Source: a virus. Taken from it: DNA of 56,785 bases. The notes beneath the pieces are model-generated. The model did not search any database and was not told the DNA's origin. It was given only the letters and a program-made list of their open reading frames with translations. The position numbers and the translations under genes were made by a program. This document shows positions 1 to 8,400 of this stretch, in pieces. The stretch is taken from the IMG/VR virus record IMGVR_UViG_3300045988_148145. One strand, given 5' to 3'. How positions within the stretch are numbered: position 1 is the first letter of the stretch; every line of letters begins with the position of its first letter.

Positions 1-48
1 GTCGGGGTGACAGGATTCGAACCTGCGACCCTCTGCTCCCAAAGCAAA
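1..48 (-). other. tRNA-Pro(UGG) 3' fragment (anticodon stem to discriminator), candidate attP core; second copy at 56697..56744
   Basis: The reverse complement reads TTTGC-TTTGGGA-GCAGA-GGGTC-GCAGG-TTCGAAT-CCTGT-CACCCCG-A. That is an anticodon arm with UGG, a variable loop, a T arm and the 3' acceptor strand. No complementary 5' acceptor or D arm lies upstream in either copy. Confidence 0.7.
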
Positions 49-89
49 ATAAAATCAACCATATACTACTAAATATCATATCATTACAA
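1..89. repeat. 89-bp exact direct repeat, copy 1 (identical to 56697..56785)
   Basis: Base-by-base comparison shows 1-89 equals 56697-56785. The copies sit exactly at the two window ends, giving a unit length of 56696 bp. Confidence 0.95.
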
Positions 90-105
90 CTACAATAAAA
101 ATAAT

Positions 106-143
106 TTGCAAACTTTTTGCATACTTCATGCTCTTTTGCAAAC
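106..143. promoter_or_regulatory. TTGCAAAC repeats (106-113, 136-143), candidate integrase arm-type sites on one side of the att core
   Basis: The same octamer occurs twice more at 56573-56580 and 56584-56591, on the other side of the core in the circular map. Confidence 0.4.
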
Positions 144-202
144 AAATCATTTCAAAAAAATAGTTTAATTCTTAAATTAACGTGGTTAATTCGTTGAAAA
201 TA

Positions 203-234
203 TTTGCTTTAAACATGATAATTATCTATATTTG
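203..234 (+). promoter_or_regulatory. Bacteroidota-type promoter: -33 TTTG (203-206) and -7 TATATTTG (227-234)
   Basis: Exact match to the TAnnTTTG -7 consensus with TTTG 20 nt upstream. It is the only plausible promoter for the head gene block, because the neighbouring integrase is divergent. Confidence 0.5.
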
Positions 235-246
235 TCATACAATCAG

Positions 247-264
247 GCCTGTGAAGTTGCAGGC
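247..264 (+). promoter_or_regulatory. Conserved 5' stem-loop, copy 1 (GCCTGT-GAAGTT-GCAGGC)
   Basis: A 5-bp stem plus a T-G closing pair, with loop GAAGTT. It shares the core TGTGAWGTTRCA with copies at 11308-11327 and 14002-14019. Confidence 0.55.
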
Positions 265-295
265 AACCTAGTGTTAAAGAACGGAATTACAAACA

Positions 296-345
296 AGGAC
301 GAGGGCCTGATAGTAAACATGCTATTAGGCTTTCGTCCTTTTTTT
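296..345 (+). terminator. Strong intrinsic terminator in the leader, 11 nt upstream of the first head gene
   Basis: A nearly continuous hairpin of about 18 bp (296-313 paired with 322-339) is followed by a T run at 340-345. Confidence 0.7.
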
Positions 346-356
346 ATTGCCTAAAA

Positions 357-962
357 ATGAAAGAAAAAATTCTATCTGCCTTGAAAACTAAATACAAGAA
401 TTTAGGGTTCGGGGACAAAGCCTTCGATGGCGTGGCCGAATATCTATCCGGGAACGTTACCGAAGAATCTCAAATCGAAACTGCAATCGCAGGGGTCGAA
501 ATCTTATTAAAATCGTTCCAGGGCGACATTGACAAGGTTAGAACCGAGAAATCGGAACTACAAAAAAAATATGACGAACTGGAAAAATCTCAAGGGGGCA
601 CTCCTAAAAAAGAAGAAGAACCCGATCAAATGCCAGCATGGTTTAAAACTTACAAGGAAGAACAAGACAAAATAATAGAACGTCTTCAAGATGAAAATGT
701 CAAGTTCAGACAAGAAAAAGATTTAGCCAATCGGCAATCATTTATTTCCGGAGAACTTAAAAGGTTGGGTATAGACGAAAGAGATTTGGAATTTTTGAGT
801 ATTCCCGATTCTTTAGACAACGATGGGATTTCCAAACATCTCACGAATTATAAACAACGTCAAATTGACAAGGGACTACCGGGAGTAAATCCATTCCCGC
901 AATCCAAGGGAGAAATTTCCAAAGAAGAAGCGGATAGCATTGTTGAACACATGAGTTTTTAA
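357..962 (+). CDS. putative scaffolding protein
   Basis: 201-aa ORF with a charged coiled-coil-like centre (SELQKKYDELEKS...). It lies directly upstream of the small head protein and capsid genes. Confidence 0.45.
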   Translation: MKEKILSALKTKYKNLGFGDKAFDGVAEYLSGNVTEESQIETAIAGVEILLKSFQGDIDKVRTEKSELQKKYDELEKSQGGTPKKEEEPDQMPAWFKTYKEEQDKIIERLQDENVKFRQEKDLANRQSFISGELKRLGIDERDLEFLSIPDSLDNDGISKHLTNYKQRQIDKGLPGVNPFPQSKGEISKEEADSIVEHMSF

Positions 963-965
963 AAA

Positions 966-1364
966 ATGGGAACAGTAGTAGATTTAGTAAACGAAAAAGA
1001 AGAAATCGTCACAGATTTGGATAACATTGTTATCGTTAATCACTTTGACGGGGTTCGCGGAGGTGTTACTCTGGATGTTGCAGGTTTTCCACATCCAGTT
1101 ATTAAAGCCGGGCATGTAATCATCAAGGATAGTTCTGGTGTTTACAAACCAATGCCTCTGAACGAGGGCGGTGATGCTTATGGTACACTACCAGAAGAAG
1201 CCTCGTATGCAGGATATTTAGTTGCATCAATTTCGGTCAAAAAACCGATAGCGGCAATCATGCTGAGAGGGACAATTAATCCCAAGGCAACACCATTTGC
1301 AATGGACACAATCCTTGAAGAAGTAAAGACAGCGTTACCACTAATTGATTATCAGGAGGACTAA
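966..1364 (+). CDS. small head protein, possibly a decoration protein (lambda gpD-like position)
   Basis: 132-aa ORF between the scaffold-like and capsid genes. The function is inferred from position only. Confidence 0.35.
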   Translation: MGTVVDLVNEKEEIVTDLDNIVIVNHFDGVRGGVTLDVAGFPHPVIKAGHVIIKDSSGVYKPMPLNEGGDAYGTLPEEASYAGYLVASISVKKPIAAIMLRGTINPKATPFAMDTILEEVKTALPLIDYQED

Positions 1365-1368
1365 AAAA

Positions 1369-2457
1369 ATGGAAAAATCACTTTATTTTGAATACATCCA
1401 AAGGTATTTCCCAAAACTCGTTTTGAGTATCGTGGAAAAATTAAATGACAAAAAACAAACAGGATTGTCGTACCTATTCAAACAATTATTGACACCTGTT
1501 TACTCTGTAGACGGGAGATGGGAAGTCTTGTCTGGAATGTACACAAGAGTGGCGGCTGATGTTGTTGCGATGGATTCTCCCCTACCCTTAAAATCTAGAG
1601 ATTCTTTGAGTAGAGCAAGTGGGAATCTCCCGAAATTAGGGATGGAATTATTCTTAAACGAGAAACAGATGTCAGACATTGACGCTATGATCGCTCAAGG
1701 TATGGACATCAACACCATTGTTCAAAAAATCTTTGAAGATGGTCCTCGTGTTATCGCGGGTGTTTATGAACGACTCGAAGGAATGTTCTTGCAGGGTTTA
1801 TCCACTGGTATCGCTTTAGCTGACAATAATAACGTTGGCTCTGGAGTTCGAGTAAATTACGGGTACCTCGATGCAAACAAGTTCGGGGTTAAGGTAAAAT
1901 GGAATGGCAACGTTGACACCGCCACGCCTATTGATGACATCAATAAAGTCGTGAATAAGGCGAGTGAAGATGGTAACGTGATTATCAAAGCTTACGCAGA
2001 TAAGTACTGGATCGATGCTTTTGCCGCATCTAAGCAGGCTAGAGAACAATTTGCCTTTATTCAAGGCTTTGTAGGAACTTCCGTTCCCGTTCTAGGGAAA
2101 GACCAAGTAAATGCCGTTTTGAACAACAAATTTGGGTTTACTATAGAAGAGGTTGACCGCACTATCAAGTACGAGAAAAACGGTGTTAAAACAAACGAGA
2201 AGCCATGGAAAAAAGGAACAATCGTTTTTGTCTGCGACAATAAAATTGGTAGTCTTGTATGGACCCGATTAGCCGAGATGAATCACCCTGTTGCGGGTGT
2301 TTCATATCAAACGGCAGATCAATACATACTTGTTTCTAAATACAGGGTAAATCGTCCGTCATTACGTGAATACACGACTTCTCAAGCACGTGTTGTTCCG
2401 GTAATCTATAACGTTGAGCGTATTTACACGCAAGACATCGAAACAGTACAGGCATGA
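1369..2457 (+). CDS. putative major capsid protein
   Basis: 362 aa from the first ATG. The track ORF starts at TTG 1345 and overlaps the previous gene. Size and position after the scaffold are typical of capsid genes. Confidence 0.6.
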   Translation: MEKSLYFEYIQRYFPKLVLSIVEKLNDKKQTGLSYLFKQLLTPVYSVDGRWEVLSGMYTRVAADVVAMDSPLPLKSRDSLSRASGNLPKLGMELFLNEKQMSDIDAMIAQGMDINTIVQKIFEDGPRVIAGVYERLEGMFLQGLSTGIALADNNNVGSGVRVNYGYLDANKFGVKVKWNGNVDTATPIDDINKVVNKASEDGNVIIKAYADKYWIDAFAASKQAREQFAFIQGFVGTSVPVLGKDQVNAVLNNKFGFTIEEVDRTIKYEKNGVKTNEKPWKKGTIVFVCDNKIGSLVWTRLAEMNHPVAGVSYQTADQYILVSKYRVNRPSLREYTTSQARVVPVIYNVERIYTQDIETVQA

Positions 2458-2623
2458 AAGTTAAGATTCTAAAAGAGTTCAGGGATAAAGACAATTTTTC
2501 GAAGGTGTATAAAAAGGCACCTTCGAGAATTTCGATGATCAAAGAGCGAATTATCTCGCCTCTTTAGGATTGGTTGAGAAGGAAGTACTGGATAAGACAA
2601 GGAAAAACGAAAAAAACAAGTAA
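2454..2623 (+). CDS. small ORF requiring a -1 frame change at an A5 run (2511-2515)
   Basis: ATG 2454 overlaps the capsid stop (ATGA). Frame 0 stops at 2565. The -1 frame stays open to TAA 2621-2623, 1 nt before the next ATG. Confidence 0.35.
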
Positions 2624-2624
2624 C

Positions 2625-2942
2625 ATGACGTACAAGGAATACATATCAAACGAGTTATCTGACCTGTACATGTCTCCCGGCAAAATATCAAACTTGCTAG
2701 AAGGCATAAAACAAGCAGAAGGAATTAACCCGGACGATGAAGTTGACGTGAGCGTTGCCAAGAAAGCTTTGTACAATAGCTTTTCTTCCATCCTCCCGAA
2801 AGCAAACGTGTCGGAAGGAAAATTCTCTGTTAGCTGGTTAACGGATAATATCTTGACGTGGTATTCCTTGCTCGCTAACGAACTTGGATTGCCGAACGTT
2901 TTGGGAGATAACACGCTAAAGGACTATACTCCAACTTGGTAA
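2625..2942 (+). CDS. putative head-tail connector/adaptor protein
   Basis: 105 aa from ATG 2625 (the track ORF starts upstream at 2574). It lies in the connector gene run between capsid and tail genes. Confidence 0.35.
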   Translation: MTYKEYISNELSDLYMSPGKISNLLEGIKQAEGINPDDEVDVSVAKKALYNSFSSILPKANVSEGKFSVSWLTDNILTWYSLLANELGLPNVLGDNTLKDYTPTW

Positions 2943-3295
2943 TGTATTATTACAATGACACGATAGAAATTTTAGAGGGATCGGGAGTTCCTAACCCCGG
3001 GGAAATACAATACAACCCCGAGACAGGATCTCCCGTCGTTTCTAACGAAATAGATAAAGCATCGTATATCAAGCTATCCCCTTGCAGGATTGAAACAGAA
3101 AGTGCGAGAACCGCAAGTGGTACTTATGTCCGATCTTATTCTGTATTTCTCCCTAAATCTATTGATCCTAACCATCTTCCGGGTAGAGGGGCACACGTGA
3201 GACTGAGCAAGGAAGACGGAACGATAAAAAATGTCATTGGGACTGTAGCGAATAGCTTGTCAACGATGTTTGATTATTTAATTGAAGTGGAATGA
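2942..3295 (+). CDS. putative head-tail joining protein
   Basis: ATG 2942 overlaps the previous stop (TAATG). Function inferred from position only. Confidence 0.3.
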   Translation: MYYYNDTIEILEGSGVPNPGEIQYNPETGSPVVSNEIDKASYIKLSPCRIETESARTASGTYVRSYSVFLPKSIDPNHLPGRGAHVRLSKEDGTIKNVIGTVANSLSTMFDYLIEVE

Positions 3296-3768
3296 AAGAC
3301 GGTTTAGCATACGATCATGACATGCTCAAGTCTTTATCCCAGCTTTTAGAAAGGAAAGTTAAAGATTTAGACAGGGCGATTCGGTTCAATTTCATCGAAG
3401 TTATAGGACCTAAAGTCGTAATCAACGCTAAAAAAAATGGCAGTTACAAGAATAGGACTAGCAACTTGAGGAGTTCTATTGGTTTTATACTTGTAAAAGA
3501 CGGAAAAATAATTCGTAGGGGTGGATTTCAACAGGCTAGCGGGGGAAGCGAGAGTGGAGATAATGGAATTAAAGAGGGAGAAAAATACGCCACTGAACTA
3601 GCTAAAAACGCTGGTGATGGGTACACTCTCATCGTTGTAGCCGGGATGAATTACGCAAGACCAGTGGAGAGCAAGGGATTTAACGTTTTATCAAGATCAG
3701 GAAAATACTTGCAAAAAGAAGTCAATGATATGATCGAACGAGTACTAAAAAAAGCTGGATTCAAATGA
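3292..3768 (+). CDS. putative head-tail joining protein (HK97 gp10-like)
   Basis: 158-aa ORF with overlapping start and stop codons. Its position and general sequence character (NRTSNLRSSIGF...) fit the gp10-like family. Confidence 0.4.
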   Translation: MKDGLAYDHDMLKSLSQLLERKVKDLDRAIRFNFIEVIGPKVVINAKKNGSYKNRTSNLRSSIGFILVKDGKIIRRGGFQQASGGSESGDNGIKEGEKYATELAKNAGDGYTLIVVAGMNYARPVESKGFNVLSRSGKYLQKEVNDMIERVLKKAGFK

Positions 3769-4166
3769 TAGATTACGACGTTGAATTATCGGTGTACAAG
3801 GTTTTAAATGGAAAAACTAATGGCGTCCCCGTGTTCAGGAAAGACACCCGTGACCCTGATTACATTGGTGATTATATCGAGATAATACCGCTTGACAATG
3901 ATCACGAAAGTGTTATTGCCAACGGAGAGATTAATGTCAACGTTCACGTACCAGAACGAGACAAGGGAATCAAAAATGTTGACCGAATCGAAGAGATAAG
4001 TGATAACGTTTACCAATTATTCAGACAAGAAAAAGATGTCTTTAGCCAGTATTTCACCACGTTCGGTAAATTCACATTCTCCGTGATTGATCACGAGGAT
4101 TTCAAGGATGACAATAAAACTTATTACAGAAATTTTAAAATTAAAGTAACCTATTTAAATTTATAA
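3765..4166 (+). CDS. putative tail completion/terminator protein
   Basis: 133-aa ORF immediately upstream of the major tail protein gene. Confidence 0.3.
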   Translation: MIDYDVELSVYKVLNGKTNGVPVFRKDTRDPDYIGDYIEIIPLDNDHESVIANGEINVNVHVPERDKGIKNVDRIEEISDNVYQLFRQEKDVFSQYFTTFGKFTFSVIDHEDFKDDNKTYYRNFKIKVTYLNL

Positions 4167-4169
4167 ATT

Positions 4170-4748
4170 ATGGCTGATGCAGCAGATATTTCACATGGTA
4201 TAGAAAGTATCACTTTCCAAACCGCGAACACGTCAGGAGAAACCGCCGGACAGTTCCCAGATTTCGCATCCGGTGTCACGACACGGGATTTCAAGTTAAT
4301 CCAAATTGATTCCGTGACAGAAGACAAGGATGATGATACCGTTGAAGACATCATGGTAGAAGACATGGACGATCCATTGCTTCAATTAACGACAGAAAAA
4401 GGCCGCAAAACGTTCAACCTCGTATCATACGACCTTTCCCCTGAATCTTTAAAATACTGGCTTGGTGACAAGCTGAACGAAACCGCCGAGGACCCCAATA
4501 ACGGTTATTACGTCAACAATCCATCCTTTGAACTGCCGTTACAGGCAATAAAAATCGTGGACAAAAAAGTTGCCGGGTATGCGCAAAGGCAATGGGAATA
4601 CATGCCTGTCAAGGTTATCGCTAAAGTAACCGGTACGAGAGGAAAATCCGGGCTGCTCACGCTGTCATTAAGCGGTACATTGTTAGGTAACAAAGACAAG
4701 AACGGTAATGTTATTGGTAATTATCGTCACAAGGTGATTTCCGAGTAA
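4170..4748 (+). CDS. putative major tail protein
   Basis: 192-aa ORF directly upstream of the chaperone and tape measure genes, and followed by a hairpin. Confidence 0.5.
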   Translation: MADAADISHGIESITFQTANTSGETAGQFPDFASGVTTRDFKLIQIDSVTEDKDDDTVEDIMVEDMDDPLLQLTTEKGRKTFNLVSYDLSPESLKYWLGDKLNETAEDPNNGYYVNNPSFELPLQAIKIVDKKVAGYAQRQWEYMPVKVIAKVTGTRGKSGLLTLSLSGTLLGNKDKNGNVIGNYRHKVISE

Positions 4749-4768
4749 TTTAACAACACGAACGATCA

Positions 4769-4794
4769 AAACGGGAGGTGCAAACTTCCCGTTT
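4769..4794 (+). terminator. Hairpin after the major tail protein gene (AAACGGGA...TCCCGTTT)
   Basis: 8-bp stem with a 10-nt loop, in the 60-nt gap after the stop codon. There is no long T run, so it may be only a partial terminator. Confidence 0.45.
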
Positions 4795-4808
4795 CAAATA
4801 AAATAAAG

Positions 4809-5258
4809 ATGAGTAAAACCGTACAACAAAGAGTTTCAGAAGAAGCGAATGAATCCCCTACAGTGATTAAAATAGGGCAAAAGAATTTTAAAGTATTGCC
4901 TCTCACGTTCGGGCAATTACTGGATATTGACGCTCTAGTTTCACGGATGAATGACATCACGGAGGAAGATGCCAAATACGATTTACTTGGAGCGACTTTA
5001 AATCACATGCAAGACGTTCAACGTATGCTAGATATGTCGTTAGTTATCATGTTCAGGAATCCACAAGACCGGGAGAAAAACAGGGAATATATCACGATGC
5101 ACCTTGGAGAGAAAGAATTTACCTCTTTACAAGAGTTGTACGTTGATCGCTTGAATACCAGTTTTTTTTTGACCAATATAATTTTCCTAAAAAGAAACCT
5201 AAGGATAGCGACTCCAACAAAAGTGACTCCCCTTGGGCAATATGGTACGCTGCAATAG
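4809..5258 (+). CDS. tail assembly chaperone (G-like, frame-0 product)
   Basis: 149-aa ORF between the major tail protein and the tape measure. It contains the T9 slippery run. Confidence 0.65.
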   Translation: MSKTVQQRVSEEANESPTVIKIGQKNFKVLPLTFGQLLDIDALVSRMNDITEEDAKYDLLGATLNHMQDVQRMLDMSLVIMFRNPQDREKNREYITMHLGEKEFTSLQELYVDRLNTSFFLTNIIFLKRNLRIATPTKVTPLGQYGTLQ

Positions 5259-5437
5259 AAGGGTTGCACATGGATGTTAGAACAGCGATGTCCGGCATAA
5301 GCTGGGTGAACCTGCAAATGTTGTTAGGATGCATTCCCTCTTACGATCACGATGAAGAAGACGATGGCAAGCACGGAAGAGGCAAGAGAAAAAGTAAAAA
5401 AAATAATATCATAACAGGAGAAAACATATTCGGATAA
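4809..5437 (+). CDS. tail assembly chaperone frameshift product (GT-like), -1 slip in the T9 run at 5162-5170
   Basis: The -1 frame is open from the T run to TAA 5435-5437, 4 nt before the tape measure ATG. It reads ...DQYNFPKKKPKDSD...PWAIWYAAIEGLHMDVRTAMSGISWVNLQMLLGCIPSYD... Confidence 0.6.
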
Positions 5438-5441
5438 TATC

Positions 5442-8400
5442 ATGGCAGACGGGCAATTAAATATACAGGCAAAATTAGACATTAACGATTTGGTCAAAAC
5501 GGCAGCAAGATACCGCCAAGAAGTGACACGCATGGGGGTTATCACGGATCAACAAGGTAATGTAATGAGTACAGCATGGACCCGTATGAAACAAGCCGCC
5601 ACGGCGTACTTGTCATTAGATATAGCTAGAAAAATAGCCGAAACAAGGGGACAATTCCAACAACTAGAAGTAGCTTTCACAACGTTATTAGGTAGTCAGG
5701 AAAAATCAGCCGCACTCATGAGTCAACTTGTCGAAACAGCAGCTAAAACGCCATTTGATTTAAAAGGTGTAGCTGATGGAGCTAGACAATTACTTGCCTA
5801 TGGTTTTGCGGCTGAAGACGTGAACGAAACTTTGATCCGGTTAGGAAACGTGGCTGCAGGATTAGGGCTTCCTTTGGAACGTCTTACTTTCTTGTATGGA
5901 ACAACAGCCGTGCAAGGGAGATTATACGCACGTGATATGCTGCAATTCCAATCTTCTGGTATCCCCGTTTTACAAGGTTTGGCCGACATGTACGGTAAAA
6001 CGACCTCGGAAATAAACGATATGGTTACCGCCGGCAAAATTGGATTCGAGGATGTGAGAAAAGTCATCGAGCAAATGACAAACGAAGGAGGCAAGTTCTA
6101 CAATTTGATGGAGAATCAAAGTAAAACAATTACTGGACAAATATCTAACCTTGGCGATGCACTAGACATGATGTTTAACAACATAGGCCAAGCCAATGAA
6201 GGGATTATCTCTGACGTCATCTCTGGAGCCACATATATAGTTGAAAATTACGAGAAGGTTCTTAATATTCTAAAAATTCTCATCGCAACTTACGGAACCT
6301 ATAAAGCTTCTTTAATTGCTGTTGCTGCCGCGCAAAAAATATCTGTATCAATTCAAACTATATCTACATGGTTATCACTTGCCAAAACAATACGAACCGC
6401 CAAAGATGCGCAAATAGCTTTTAATCTTGCCACTAAAGCAAATCCTTACGTACTACTCGCAACTGTTTTAGTCGGGGTGGGGACAGCCCTATACCAGTTC
6501 ACAAAGAAAACTGATACAGCAAGAATAGCCCTTGAAAAATTTAACAAAGAGGCAGAAAAACAAGCAGAAGAGATTAAAACATTAATTGGGATTGCGAGCG
6601 ACGAGACGAATGCAACATACTCACGTCAACTTGCATTAGAAAGTCTGAGAAAAATAGATCCACAATATTTTAAAGATATGGATCTTGAATCCTTGAAGAC
6701 CGTAAATCTAATAGAATTAAATGATCGTCTAGCCAAAGCTATACGTGAAAAAAACAAGGCTGATGCCGAAACTAAAATAAAAGAGACTCAAAATGCTATA
6801 TCCGCAATAAAGAAAGAGATCGATTTTCTAAATAAAACTGCAGTTAAAAATAGAGGGGAACGTTTAAACAAAGCCAACAAACGTCTCAAAGAATTAAATC
6901 AAGAATTAGGAGAACAAAATTCCATCTTAAACAAAATAAATTCTGACATCAAATCCCAAGAAGAAGCAGAAAAAAGAGCTAAAGAAGAAGCAGCTAAACG
7001 TGGTGAAGAAGTAAAGAAAACAGTTAAATGGTACGAAGATGAAATTAAAGCATTAAAAGATCTTCAAGAAACATCAACCACAAGCAAGGAGTTTAATGAT
7101 TATCAAAAACGAATTGATCAGTTAAATAAAGAAAAAGAAGCGATAACAGGTGCTTCAAAAGCCACAAAAGATGCGGAAAAGAGAAGGCTAGAAACTGTAA
7201 AAAAAATCAACGAAGAACTCCTTTCCCTGGAGGAACAAAACCAAAATTCCCGTATCGAACTCATGAAAGAAGGTACGGAAAAAGAGATCGCTCAAATCAA
7301 TCTTGACTATCAAAGAAGAATTACCGAGATAAAAAAACTTGCCGATAAATGGGCTAAAGAGCAAGGCGGGAAATTAACGACCGAACAAAACATTCAAGTA
7401 TCGACAGCTTTCACTTCTGCCGAAAACATTAAAAACAAAGATACCGCAGAGGTATACAAAAAGGAACTTGACGATCTCCTAAAACAATATCAAGATTTTG
7501 ATGCCAAAAGGAGAAGTATCGATGACAAGTACGCTAAAGATAAGCAAACTTTAGAATCTAGACGAACAACTTCAAACGCTAGCGAGATAGATAGTGCCAT
7601 CAATGAATTGAATTACCAGAAAGAAGAAGCTTTAAAGGAAATAGCAATGGAATTCGCATCTCGAAATGAAGAATTCGAGATTTGGATGAATCAAATTGCC
7701 ACATTTTCAATGGAAGAACTTCAAAAAAGATTACGTGAAGCTAGAGCATTACTAGGATCTTTACAAATCGCAGGCGTGGGCGGTGATAAACTCGCAGAAG
7801 CTATAGCTAAAGTAGTGACTTTAGAAAAAGAAATAGCCAATCAAAAAAAGAAGACAAGTACTTCGCCAGACAAAAGAAGTGTAAAAGATTGGCAAGAACT
7901 TTACAAGACGTTATCTAAAGTAGATGAACAATTCAAAGAGATAGGTGATAGTATTGGGGGAACTGCCGGAGAGTTATTGTCTTCTGCGGGTAGTATAAGC
8001 ACCGCGATATTATCAATGATTGATGGTATCATCACGCTAACCACTGGATCAATTAAATCAGTTGAAGGGATGAGTGACGCCGCCGCCAAAGCAATTAAAG
8101 CGGTTGAGACCGCCTCCGTGATACTAGCAATAGTATCCGCAGCTCTTCAAGTTGTCACCAAGATCTTCAGTATGTTCAAGGGGAAAAGCAAAGCAGAAAA
8201 AGATTCCGAGAGACTATCCAAGGTCACGAACAAAATAGCGGAAACGAACGAGATTATAAATAACCTCATTGAAAAACGTATTGATCTAATCAAAGCTGCA
8301 ACTACCGCTGAAAGAAACGGGTTAAAACTAACAACAGAAGAAGCTATAAAAGCTCAGCAAGATTTAATCCAAGTACAATATAGCAAGCTATGGAAGAATG

